Below are positions 41,261 to 51,261 of a stretch of DNA of 64,000 nucleotides, one piece after another (position 1 is the stretch's first letter; every line of letters begins with the position of its first letter). The position numbers and the translations under genes are program-made. This DNA comes from Ignavibacteriota bacterium (GTDB lineage Bacteria > Bacteroidota > Ignavibacteria > Palsa-1295). The stretch is taken from assembly GCA_963787835.1 (NCBI GenBank), contig CAWBEI010000002.1, positions 1 through 64,000 on the forward strand, written 5' to 3'. The notes under the pieces are model-generated. The model was not told the DNA's origin. It saw only the letters and a list, made by a program, of their open reading frames with translations, and did no database searches.

Positions 41261-42679
41261 TTACCGGGTGATCACCAACTTCTCCGTAACTGACTCGCCA
41301 TTCGACGAAAGGCGGACGAAATACGAACCGGGAGCGAAGCTGAGCGGATCGAGCGTCAGTACGTTCTGACCCGACAACGCCATACCATTCTGAAGGACGC
41401 GAACGGTTCGGCCTAATTCATCCATCACCGACACCTGCGTGGGACCGGCATCGCTCATAGTATAGGTGATCGTTACTCCCGAACCGGAAGCCGGGTTCCC
41501 TGATATAGCAAGTTTCAGCCCGGCATCCGATCCCGCTATTGGAGTCACAGCAGAAAGCCCAAGATCCGATAGCTTCCGGATCCATACACCATTTTCAAAC
41601 GTACTGACCATCACATATCCGCCAGAGACCTGCACAGCATTCACATAAGGTCCGTTAGCGGTTGGAAGTCCGGCATTCCACTGCGTCCATGTTGTGCCGC
41701 TATTAGTGGACACATAGAAACCGCTGTCGGTAGCAGCGAATAGGTTCTGACCGAATGCTGCAAGCTGGGGGGTAACATTGGACCAGGTTTGCGGAGTAGA
41801 ATTCTTCAGCGTCCAACTCTGGCCGTTATTCGTGGTGAGATAGCAATCGTACGTGTTGTCCGTACTGTCATGAGCGAACAATGCATAAAGCGAGGAGCCC
41901 GAATTTGCGAACGCCCAAGCAGGCGCCCAGCCGTTGTTACTGTCTAAATACGATAAACCCGAATTTGCTGAGGACCACGATGCACCATTATTCGTCGAGA
42001 CATACATGCCGAAACCAGCAGATGCAGCGATCAAATTATTTCCGGATGACACTAATTTATTGACCCCAATCGGATAAACTACCCCTTGATAGGAGATCGT
42101 CATTCCAACGGTATCTGGTGTCCATGGTGCTCCGGGTGCCGTTTGTTGAAAAATGCCCGATCCGCCGCACGACATATAGATCTTCCCGTTGAACGAAATC
42201 AATGCCGCAGCAAACGCATTCGTATCCGGCCATCCTGTTGTATCGGCAAACCATGTTTGGCCCTGATCTCTGGAATAGCAGAGCACGGTTTTATTCCCGG
42301 TTGCCGGTGATAGGTTCGCAGAGCCGATCAGCGCATATCCGGCATTCGTTTGGAATGCGACAAGCGGAACACCGCCATTCGGAGCAAAGCTTGACCAGGT
42401 TTGGCCGTTATCCGATGAAAGGAAAAGAGAATCCGACGTAGCGCCCGTCTGATTGCTTGCGCATCTCGCATCGGCAAGAAGATTGTTCCCATACACCAGG
42501 AAACCTGCGACGTCATCGACATTATTATTCCCCAGCGAATTACTGAATCCTGTCACCTGCTTCCATTGTGCAAACGCGGCATGATTCGAGATGATCAGTA
42601 CAATGGCAAACGCTGCGAAACGAATTGCAACTCGTTTCGAGCGAGGGAAGAACGGAGACACCGTAAAAGTATTATTCAT
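41261..42679 (-). CDS. T9SS-sorted BNR/Asp-box beta-propeller protein (paralogue)
   Basis: SSDNGQTW, SRDQGQTW, STNNGASW; CTD ending EKLVITR. Confidence 0.87.
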   Translation of the reverse strand: MNNTFTVSPFFPRSKRVAIRFAAFAIVLIISNHAAFAQWKQVTGFSNSLGNNNVDDVAGFLVYGNNLLADARCASNQTGATSDSLFLSSDNGQTWSSFAPNGGVPLVAFQTNAGYALIGSANLSPATGNKTVLCYSRDQGQTWFADTTGWPDTNAFAAALISFNGKIYMSCGGSGIFQQTAPGAPWTPDTVGMTISYQGVVYPIGVNKLVSSGNNLIAASAGFGMYVSTNNGASWSSANSGLSYLDSNNGWAPAWAFANSGSSLYALFAHDSTDNTYDCYLTTNNGQSWTLKNSTPQTWSNVTPQLAAFGQNLFAATDSGFYVSTNSGTTWTQWNAGLPTANGPYVNAVQVSGGYVMVSTFENGVWIRKLSDLGLSAVTPIAGSDAGLKLAISGNPASGSGVTITYTMSDAGPTQVSVMDELGRTVRVLQNGMALSGQNVLTLDPLSFAPGSYFVRLSSNGESVTEKLVITR

Positions 42680-42719
42680 GAATATGGATTTGGTTAGTTG
42701 AGCAATTCTATTCTGGAAA

Positions 42720-44172
42720 TTATCTCGCGATCACGAGCTTTTGCATGGTGGCAGCGCCATCGGCGGTCAGGCGTACGAAGTACGTTCCGGGATCGAGCGT
42801 GCGGGAATCGAGCGTGACCATATTTTCCCCCGGCAACGATGTACCATTCTGGAACATTCGCACGCTTCGGCCCAATTCGTCCATCACGAGGATCTGTGCA
42901 TCACTGGCATCGGGAAGAGTATAGGTAACCTTTACTTCGGAACTCGAAGCAGGGTTTTGGGACAATGAAAGGCTCAGGCCATCCGCACGTGTTGGATTCG
43001 CGGACACGGATGAAATCCCAAAGGAGGAAAGGGATCGATACCACGCACCAGACGAATTGGTACCGATCACAATATTTCCACCGGAAACTATAACGGAATT
43101 TGGATAATCTCCCGGCGTAAATGCAAGACCTTGATCCTCCTGCGTCCATGTCGAACCGTTGTTGGATGAATAATAAAAACCGCTATCTGTAACGGCAAAT
43201 AAATTTTGATTGTATGCGGCAAGGCTATACAGCAATCCCCAATTTAAAATCAGATGAATTCTGCTTACTCCAATTCTGACCGTTATTTGTTGTAAGATAA
43301 ATATCGACGGTATCGAAGTCGGATCCACCAAATTGATCGGTGTCATGAGCGATCACTGCATATACGGACGAGCCATAAACAGCGAATTGATCCGCCTCAT
43401 ACCAATTATTGAATCCCGAGGAGGTGAAGGATGGCAATCCACTATTTTCAGACGTCCAGAGCATCCCCTGGTTCGTAGATACAAAGATTCCATCACCACT
43501 CCCCTCCAGCGTGGAAAGAAATAAATTATTTCCGGATGCTGCTAACCAACCGATCTCTGAGAAAAACGGGAATGTGTATCCCATCCCACTCGAATCCAGC
43601 GTCCAGATCCCGCCGGGGGTTGTTTGGCTAAAAACACCATACGAGTTCGACGCATAGGCTGTGTTTCCGATCTTAGCAAGCGAAAGGGCTTGGCCATTGG
43701 TACCTGTGAGGTTCCATCCCGTCGTATCGATCGCCCATGTCTGTCCATAATCTGTGGAAAAAGAGAGCACTGCGTCGGAAATATTATTGTCGGCAGGAGA
43801 GGGCTGTGCCTCTCCGATGAAATCATTTCCAACCACCACCAATGGCCGTTGCCCGTAGGGAGCAAAATCCGTCCATGTTTGCCCGTGATCCGTAGAAAGA
43901 AAGAGTGAATCGGGCGTCGCGCCAGGGTTGTTTAGCAGATCGTCGGCGCAAAACGCCGAGGCCAGCAGTGAATCGCCCCAAAGCGTGAAGCCGGCGACCT
44001 GATCGACGTTATCAGGCAAACTGGCATTGACATTCGAAAAACCTGTAGCCTGTTTCCATTGCGCGAAAGACACCTCTTCGAATGCAAACAGCAACGAGTA
44101 ACAGACGGCAATAGCAAAGGCCGCGCGAAACGAGATCGAACTCATGGACGAATGGAACGTAAGTTTTTTCAT
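42720..44172 (-). CDS. T9SS-sorted BNR beta-propeller protein split by a +1 frameshift at ~43245
   Basis: Removing one base from GATTTTAAATTGG joins NSSD to NWGLLYSLAAY, collinear with the paralogues. Confidence 0.8.
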
Positions 44173-44258
44173 GCGAAATGATTAAAGTATTTTTCTGATC
44201 ACAGGAGGCGCTTCGATAAGCGCACGTATTTTGATCAATAACCCTGAACTGCACCATG

Positions 44259-44266
44259 CAAATATA
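44259..44266 (-). promoter_or_regulatory. -7 element TATATTTG upstream of the propeller array
   Basis: Minus strand reads cgTATATTTGc. Confidence 0.5.
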
Positions 44267-44319
44267 CGACAATCGGCCATCTCTGTCAATATTAAGAGAT
44301 TGGCTACCCCAAGCCGAGA

Positions 44320-45621
44320 TCATTTTTCATTTTGGATCTCGGCCTGTTGCACCGAAAGAAATGCCACCTCTGGGTAAATTTTTTTGATCGTGCTCTCCAG
44401 GTTTTGTTCGGCTGACATGGCCTGTATCTGCGTTTTGGCTAGCCCTGTAATGTTTGCCTGATCGGCTGGGCTGGTGAGGGTTGCCCCGTATCCCGATTTT
44501 ACGAGACTGGTGTTGTATGCACCAACGATAGTATTGAGCTTCGATTTATCGCTATTGAACGCAGAATTAAGAGAAGCAAGTGCAGCGTTGACATCTGAAA
44601 TTTCGTTCGTTATATATTGCAGGCGGATCGCACGGTCGCCCTTTGGATCGGAGTAACCACCCTCGCCTTGCGGAGCGCCCGACGCTTGCAATTGCTGCTG
44701 ATGAGCCTTTAATGCAGCTTGAAGCTTACCAGGAGCACTGGCGATAATGGAGTCGATGTGCGCAGCCGCTGCGGTAGTCGAAGGATTGAATTGCTGAAGA
44801 GCACTCATGGCCGCGGTGGATTGCTGCACCAAAAGCACGGTTGAGGAACTCGGTGCGGACGACGGGTTATCGTCCAGCGTCATCAAATCGTTGCCCGTAC
44901 TGCTACCCATGGTACTGGCCGCCTGACCGGTGGTATCCGGATGGGCGGCGGTGTTCGCACGCGAACGCGCGGCAATGGCGTTCCAATCCGTTCCATTCTT
45001 GTTTAATTGTTGCTGCATGTACGCATCTTGTTGTGCGGGAGTCATGTTTTTCATTTGCGTGGCAAACGAGGGATCGGACATCATTTTTTGCTGAAAATCC
45101 TGCCTGGTTTTTGTGACTCCTGCATCGGAATCAATAGCGGGATTCGAACTGGCAGGAATCGCCCCGCTTGATTGCATATACGCCAACTTTTGCTCCGGCG
45201 TCATTGCCATGAACTTTGCTTTGAACGCGGGGTCCTGCATTTGCTGTGCCATTGAAACTGCCCCGGTGTTCATTCCCGGAATATTTTTCTGAGCAATCGC
45301 AAGTTGTTCGCTCGTCGATTTCCCTTGTATTCCCGACAACGAAGCGGCGAGCTGTTTTGCAGAATCCACCTGCTGCTGCTGGGCTACATTCATCACCTTC
45401 CATTGCGATTCCGCCGAGTTCATATCGTTCTCGAACGAAGTGAACAGCGCATCGGCATTGCAAAAACTCGGGTTGCAAGTGCTTTTATCGTACGCCATCG
45501 CAACCGATGACGGGGGCTGAGGGATCTCCTTCAACATCGCGATCATATCGATCTTTGCGATCGATTGCCCGCGCGCGCAGAGTGGAACTAAAATAAACGC
45601 AATCGCAATGGTTTTTTTCAT
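44320..45621 (-). CDS. Secreted helical Gln/Met/Ala-rich protein with internal repeats
   Basis: Signal peptide MKKTIAIAFILVPLCARG; repeats QDPAFKAKFMAMTPEQKLAYMQ and SDPSFATQMKNMTPAQQDAYMQ. Confidence 0.75.
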   Translation of the reverse strand: MKKTIAIAFILVPLCARGQSIAKIDMIAMLKEIPQPPSSVAMAYDKSTCNPSFCNADALFTSFENDMNSAESQWKVMNVAQQQQVDSAKQLAASLSGIQGKSTSEQLAIAQKNIPGMNTGAVSMAQQMQDPAFKAKFMAMTPEQKLAYMQSSGAIPASSNPAIDSDAGVTKTRQDFQQKMMSDPSFATQMKNMTPAQQDAYMQQQLNKNGTDWNAIAARSRANTAAHPDTTGQAASTMGSSTGNDLMTLDDNPSSAPSSSTVLLVQQSTAAMSALQQFNPSTTAAAAHIDSIIASAPGKLQAALKAHQQQLQASGAPQGEGGYSDPKGDRAIRLQYITNEISDVNAALASLNSAFNSDKSKLNTIVGAYNTSLVKSGYGATLTSPADQANITGLAKTQIQAMSAEQNLESTIKKIYPEVAFLSVQQAEIQNEK

Positions 45622-45638
45622 CTTCTCAATAAGGATCA

Positions 45639-46670
45639 TTATTCATTTACTGCAACTTTGTACCGTGTCTTGACGATCCACCAGCCTTGCGAGGGTGGAG
45701 CTGTGATCGGGCTCTCGAATGGTAACTTACTGACATCGGCATCGGCATTCCAGGATTCATAGGGGTTGGCGAGGCCGGGATACTGGCCGGCGACGGCGTT
45801 ATTGGCGACGAAGCGTATCTCATAGCTCGGAAGGTCCGGCAATTTCGTCTGAACCGCAATGTGGATGACGTCGTCGGACGTGTTGTACGTGATCACCGGG
45901 TTCTTGGCGTCCATATCCTGCCCATAGTCAAAACTGGTCAGCACAAAATTGGTTGGATCGCAAATGTAGGAATGCTGCTGCTGATCCCATTTTGACGGGG
46001 CATCGTCGATCACACCTTTGGCGGAATGTAGTCCATTCGTCTCCAGATGGAACGTAAATTTTATGGCCTGGGAGTTCAAAACATCTATCGAAGGGGCTAC
46101 GCCCGGTCCCTTGTAACAATGGGCGCCAACGGCTGCATCGCAGTAACAGACTAACTGCTTCGGCAAAATGTGGATCACGGAAGTGACGACCGTCTGCTGA
46201 CTGCCATCGGGCATCGTGACGGCGACAGAGATGGTAACAGGCCCATAAAAGTTACCACTCGGAGCGGTATAGATTGCGAACCCGGTCGCTTGTTGAACTA
46301 ATCTACCGTATGTCGAATTCCCATTTTGCACGCCATTGACCATCCATTTCGATACCGGGATCGTCACGGAAGGTGCCGCGTTTCCCTGCTCTATAACCAC
46401 CCCATTTTCCGTGGTTTGGGTTTCGGTGGTGACGATAAATTCAGCGGTCTGGCCAGCGAAGAGAATAAAGCTGTCGTTGCTGAGATTGACCGCCAACGAT
46501 GGGATCACGGTCGCCTGTGCATGCGCCTTACTTGGAACCATGCTCCCAAAGCATGTGAGCAGTGCCCATGCCGCGAAAAAACCGTGTGAATGATATTTAA
46601 TGCTTCGAAACATTCGCGTAGCAGTCGATTGCAAAAATACATACGAGGGGGTTCCTGCGATCTCGATCAT
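45639..46670 (-). CDS. Secreted beta-rich protein with an Ig-like domain
   Basis: WMVNGVQNGNSTYGRL...YTAPS; paralogue of the next gene; the start may be 46613. Confidence 0.75.
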   Translation of the reverse strand: MIEIAGTPSYVFLQSTATRMFRSIKYHSHGFFAAWALLTCFGSMVPSKAHAQATVIPSLAVNLSNDSFILFAGQTAEFIVTTETQTTENGVVIEQGNAAPSVTIPVSKWMVNGVQNGNSTYGRLVQQATGFAIYTAPSGNFYGPVTISVAVTMPDGSQQTVVTSVIHILPKQLVCYCDAAVGAHCYKGPGVAPSIDVLNSQAIKFTFHLETNGLHSAKGVIDDAPSKWDQQQHSYICDPTNFVLTSFDYGQDMDAKNPVITYNTSDDVIHIAVQTKLPDLPSYEIRFVANNAVAGQYPGLANPYESWNADADVSKLPFESPITAPPSQGWWIVKTRYKVAVNE

Positions 46671-46679
46671 ACATCCAGG

Positions 46680-47651
46680 CTATTGCGCTACATTTACACC
46701 GTACTTCGATTTGATGACCCACCCCCCGCCGCCGGAGGCTGACTCCGTGCTAACTGGGCTGGTATAAGGTAAATTGCTAATATTCACCTGCGGAACCCAG
46801 GTTGTTTGCGTTGCCTTGATGACTTGCTCCGTATAAATGACTTTATCTGCTCCGGTGAATTTCACCGAATATCCCGGCAAGTCCTGCGCATGGGCGTCGA
46901 AGGAGAAATGGAGCATGTTATCGGCGCCATCGTATTCACACTTGGGGTTGCTCATTGCCATATCTTGACCATAATCGAAATCGCTGATCTCATAGGTAGG
47001 AGCACAAGAGGAATAATTTTTTATCGGCGAGCCTTCTAAGGGTGTAGGGCCATGGTCGAACACGGCATTACATTGATTCTGCGAAGATCGCTCCAGATGA
47101 AAATGGAACTCGACACCCTGGCTGTTCATGAAGCCGAGCATTCCAGGGCTCTCCAAGGCAGGACATTTACATCCAACGGTGTATGAACAATAATACCTAA
47201 GATTTTTCGGAACGATATAAGCGGTCGGCGCGAGCGAGGTTTCCTGGCTTCCGTCTGCTTTGATTACGGATGCGGATAAAGTAACAGGGCCATAATAGCC
47301 TCCACTCGGCGCGGTATAAACCGCATACCCCGTCGATTGTTGGATGAGTCTTCCGTAGGTAGCATTCCCATTTTGAATCCCATTGACCATCCATTGAGCA
47401 GCAGGAATCGTCATTTTTGAATCTTTGGTAATCGTTATATTATTCTCTGTCGTGATGCTTCTGTTTGTGAGGATCAGGTCCGCATTGTCGCCAGGAAAGA
47501 AAATAAAGCTACCCGGCGATGCCGTGTTAAGGAGTGCCAAAGAGGGATGCATGGTCGAATCCTGCGCGCGCAATGAAGATACACGCACCAGACCAATAGT
47601 GCATAAAGCGGCCAAGGCTATTGCAAATTGACAAAATCGATAGTGTCGCAT
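46680..47651 (-). CDS. Secreted beta-rich protein with an Ig-like domain (paralogue)
   Basis: WMVNGIQNGNATYGRL...YTAPS and FDYGQDM; TATCTTTG element at ~47673-47680 upstream. Confidence 0.75.
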   Translation of the reverse strand: MRHYRFCQFAIALAALCTIGLVRVSSLRAQDSTMHPSLALLNTASPGSFIFFPGDNADLILTNRSITTENNITITKDSKMTIPAAQWMVNGIQNGNATYGRLIQQSTGYAVYTAPSGGYYGPVTLSASVIKADGSQETSLAPTAYIVPKNLRYYCSYTVGCKCPALESPGMLGFMNSQGVEFHFHLERSSQNQCNAVFDHGPTPLEGSPIKNYSSCAPTYEISDFDYGQDMAMSNPKCEYDGADNMLHFSFDAHAQDLPGYSVKFTGADKVIYTEQVIKATQTTWVPQVNISNLPYTSPVSTESASGGGGWVIKSKYGVNVAQ

Positions 47652-47792
47652 TCGGCTTGTTTTATATCGATACAAAGATACGCAATATTTTCCTGCAGCA
47701 CCGAGGATGTTTTATTTGATTCTTATTTCACTAGGTCTCGTCAATTAATGCTTATTTTTGTATCGAGCTGTATTTATTTTTTAAAAACCACA

Positions 47793-48995
47793 ATGAAACA
47801 CACGTTTACTTCTTTAACACTCTTTGCCACATGCCTCCTCCTCTCGAGTTGCGGTGCGCTTAGCTCGATCCAGAATACCATGCAGAACACCGCGCTCGGA
47901 AAGGTCAACGATAAGGCCAGCCAGACCACCAGCAATGTAATGGACTCCGTACTCGGAAACGGCCAGCATGGAACGGCAGCCAATAACGGCGGTACTAACT
48001 CCGGCGGAACTTCTGCGCCTTCGGCAGTGGGCATGGCGGTGAACTCGCCACAATCCATTGCCGCGTACCAGAATTACGATTTCAAGCCAGGTGATACCAT
48101 TATTTTTTCCGACGATTTCACCGCCGATCAGGACGGAGAGTTCCCGGCGCACTGGAATCTCGATGCCGGTCAGGGTGTCGTCAACGCCGTGCAGGGTGCA
48201 CCGGCATTCTGCCTGACAGTTGGCAACTATGTCATGGTCGATCCCCGCATGACCACCGCAAATTACCTGACCGATCCTTTTACCGTGGAATTTGACTTCT
48301 TTGCCAATGGTGGTTATGACCCCATGATCCGATTTGTCGATGACAAAACGGAAAATCGCGATCTACACCTCGGCCATACGGTCACAACCAGTTATTTCCC
48401 GCATGACTTCTCCGGAAGTACCGTCGGATCGGACGCAGACTATTTCGGAAAGTGGCATCATGCTGCTGTGATCTACAAGAATGGCCAAATGAAAGCATAT
48501 TTGGATAACACGCGAGCGCTTGTCGTTCCGCAGTGCGGTTTCGTACCCGTAAGCCTTAAAGTTGGCGGGATCGGTGATATGGACAAACCGATCGTATTCA
48601 AAAATATGCGCATTGCTTCCGGTGGCAACGCGAACGCGATCGGGAATCTTCTCACGAACGGCAAGTTTGTCACACACGGCATCACGTTCGATATTGGCAA
48701 GGCAACGCTCCTGCCGCAAAGCATGGGCGTGCTCAACGATGTTGCGAAATTCCTGAAAGCGAATCCGAATATCAACATGGAGATCGATGGTCATACCGAT
48801 AATACCGGTTCTGCGTCGAAGAACATGACGCTTTCCCAACAGCGAGCCAATGCCGTTGAAGCGCAGCTTATCACCATGGGAATCGATGCTTCGCGGCTGA
48901 CAACGAAAGGCTTCGGCTCCACAGTACCGATCGCCAGCAACGATACACCCGAAGGCCAGGCCAATAACCGCAGAGTCGAGTTTATTAAGATGTAA
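47793..48995 (+). CDS. OmpA/MotB-domain lipoprotein
   Basis: Lipobox LLSSC; YDFKPGD..FSDDF; ITFD, IDGHTDN, LSQQRANAV, NRRVEF. Confidence 0.92.
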   Translation: MKHTFTSLTLFATCLLLSSCGALSSIQNTMQNTALGKVNDKASQTTSNVMDSVLGNGQHGTAANNGGTNSGGTSAPSAVGMAVNSPQSIAAYQNYDFKPGDTIIFSDDFTADQDGEFPAHWNLDAGQGVVNAVQGAPAFCLTVGNYVMVDPRMTTANYLTDPFTVEFDFFANGGYDPMIRFVDDKTENRDLHLGHTVTTSYFPHDFSGSTVGSDADYFGKWHHAAVIYKNGQMKAYLDNTRALVVPQCGFVPVSLKVGGIGDMDKPIVFKNMRIASGGNANAIGNLLTNGKFVTHGITFDIGKATLLPQSMGVLNDVAKFLKANPNINMEIDGHTDNTGSASKNMTLSQQRANAVEAQLITMGIDASRLTTKGFGSTVPIASNDTPEGQANNRRVEFIKM

Positions 48996-49016
48996 TGCAC
49001 TCGAATCCTGTTTTCC

Positions 49017-49045
49017 AAAAGGGTACGCCATGCGTACCCTTTTTT
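49017..49045 (+). terminator. Intrinsic terminator aaaagggtacgc-cat-gcgtacccttttt
   Basis: Stem with a U-tract after the OmpA gene; a degenerate copy lies at 50472-50499. Confidence 0.75.
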
Positions 49046-49136
49046 GTTCGATGGATCCTTTTTCCCAAATCCGCTCCATCCTGTGAATGGTGGTTCACTT
49101 TTCCGAGACGCCACGAAATTCGGAATCGTACCCAAC

Positions 49137-49258
49137 CGTAGGGACGTGCTGCGCACGTCCGCCCCCCAAGGAATTAGAAGGGCTATTATGATGTATATTC
49201 AAACGTGAACGACCGCCAACCGGGAACGGACGTGCGTCCGCCGCGGCGGATCCCTACG
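49137..49258. repeat. GTAG-type REP inverted pair
   Basis: cgtagggacgtgctgcgcacgtccg ... cggacgtgcg...tccctacg. Confidence 0.7.
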
Positions 49259-49310
49259 AACCTACCGACATGCGTTCCCCGGTCCGGGAATTATCATAAA
49301 TTGTTAGGGT

Positions 49311-50414
49311 ATGAAAAAAATTACTGTTGGCTGTTTGACGATCTTGCTTTGCACTGCCGCATCCCTGCGCACGCAACAGATCGCTGATGTTCCTACTTTC
49401 AAACCGGACCAACCGACAGGCGTACCACAAAATGTCAGTTCGGATGCAAGGGAGACTGCTGAGCAAGCCAATATCGATACTAAAGCAAACCTAATCACTG
49501 ACTTTTGGAAGGATGGTGTATCTTGTGGGAGTGGCACCGGCTTTGTCGCTAAAAAAGGTAAAGTTGAAAAGCCGCTCGCGGTCGATAGCTTACCAACCGG
49601 ATGTCAATTGCTTTTTAACGAAGCTAATGCGTATGATAATGACCTAATTTGGCAAATGGATTATGATACTTCAATGAAATTAGTCGTACAGTGTGCTAAT
49701 AGTAATTTCCCTGATGTTATTTCGGGATTTCAATTTATGAGTAATGCTGCTGACGGGCTTGGAAACTATGGTGCGGTTCGATCAAATTATTATGCATGGT
49801 TGAAGTCTGTATTATATCTAAACACCACTACACCCGAATATTTTTGCGCCTGTGTAGAGGCTATCGCAGGAGAAACACCCGTTCCTAATCATATTTATCC
49901 TGATACTGGATATGACTGGAATCTTGCTATCATCAATTGGCTTATTCAAAACACAAATTGCGATTCTTCTTTTCTGCGGAGGGACTTTGCAAATGGGCGC
50001 CAGAGTCAAATTTCTACATGGGAAAATAATCCATCATCTTACAAATTAGACACAACTCTACCACCACTCGATTCCATTGACCCTGGTCTTAACGCGTTAT
50101 TAAATAAGCACTTCCTTTATGCGAGTGTGAGTGAATCACAAGGGCTTGGAATTCTTTCCAATGCCACAGCTAACCCCAACCCTGTAAATGAAGGAACCGT
50201 AATTTCCTTCAGCATCAGCAAAGAGGCGTATGTGAAGATCGAGCTTTTCGATGTGCTGGGCAAACAGGCATCTTCTTATGGCTACGAGAGCCTGTTCGAG
50301 CCGGGGAATAAATCGGTTTCCTTCTCGCTCGCCGGGCTGCCTTCGGGTACGTATTACGCCCGCATCATCACGGCTTATGGCGTAGTGCAAACCGTGAAAT
50401 TGGTGAAGGAATAA
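49311..50414 (+). CDS. Secreted protein with T9SS type A sorting domain
   Basis: Signal peptide; ANPNP...ELFDVLGK...SGTYYARI...KLVKE. Confidence 0.85.
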   Translation: MKKITVGCLTILLCTAASLRTQQIADVPTFKPDQPTGVPQNVSSDARETAEQANIDTKANLITDFWKDGVSCGSGTGFVAKKGKVEKPLAVDSLPTGCQLLFNEANAYDNDLIWQMDYDTSMKLVVQCANSNFPDVISGFQFMSNAADGLGNYGAVRSNYYAWLKSVLYLNTTTPEYFCACVEAIAGETPVPNHIYPDTGYDWNLAIINWLIQNTNCDSSFLRRDFANGRQSQISTWENNPSSYKLDTTLPPLDSIDPGLNALLNKHFLYASVSESQGLGILSNATANPNPVNEGTVISFSISKEAYVKIELFDVLGKQASSYGYESLFEPGNKSVSFSLAGLPSGTYYARIITAYGVVQTVKLVKE

Positions 50415-50552
50415 ATCCCTTCACGCGACCTCATCCCTCCGGGGGAGAGGAGCATTTTTTGTTAAGTTCTGAAAGGGTACGCCAAACATACCCTTTTTTG
50501 TTTTCTTTGCTCCGTGAATCTTTCACTTCCAAACTGCGGTTACCACGAGAGA

Positions 50553-51248
50553 ATGATCGCTCGAACTTACCCCCCTATTTTAACGGCGTTTTTGCTTCTC
50601 TTGCTCACGGCGCCGCTCCGTGCCCAGCAGAGCCCTGCCTCGGAAGACCATGTCCGTATCGCATTCGAGCAGCGCCTTAGCCAGTCCATCAAGCTCATGA
50701 CTTCGCGCGTGAACGCGGAGAATGCAGAACTCAACCGTCACATATCCGCAATGAACAAGATCGATCCACTGGCGATCCGTAATTTGGATTCGGCCCACGT
50801 TGCGGATAATGTCTCTCGCGTGCTCGATTTCATCGAGTATCTGAAGCATACACGCATCACAAGCGATACGCTGGCCAGGGATTATGAAGACTCCCTGTAT
50901 ATCCTTGCCGTGGAATTGCCGCCGAACATCGATTCAAAAGGCTTCCAGGATATGGACGCCTCGTTCCGCGAGGACCGCAGCGCGTTCAATGCATTCCTCG
51001 ACGCGATGAACAAGGTCTATTCCGATGTCCTCGATGTCCTTCTGTATTTGCAGCATACTTCCTACACGATCGAGAACGACAAATTCACGTTCACTGCGAA
51101 AAAAGATATGATCGAATACCAGAAACGCATGAAGATCTTTGATGCCGATGCGAAAGAACTAAAGCAAGCGAACGAGGAGATGCAAAAGGCGAACGCAAAG
51201 GCGAACGATCATACTAAAGATCCTGCTAGCGACCTGGAAGAGCACTAA
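50553..51248 (+). CDS. Secreted helical/coiled-coil hypothetical protein
   Basis: Signal peptide ending APLRA; charged helical sequence. Confidence 0.75.
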   Translation: MIARTYPPILTAFLLLLLTAPLRAQQSPASEDHVRIAFEQRLSQSIKLMTSRVNAENAELNRHISAMNKIDPLAIRNLDSAHVADNVSRVLDFIEYLKHTRITSDTLARDYEDSLYILAVELPPNIDSKGFQDMDASFREDRSAFNAFLDAMNKVYSDVLDVLLYLQHTSYTIENDKFTFTAKKDMIEYQKRMKIFDADAKELKQANEEMQKANAKANDHTKDPASDLEEH

Positions 51249-51261
51249 TTTCCCGACCACC

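Noticed and set aside
43240-43250. Programmed frameshift or phase variation in the propeller gene
   Set aside because: It is a single extra base in short T4/A3 runs, in data that show indel errors elsewhere. A sequencing error is more likely; reads would settle it.
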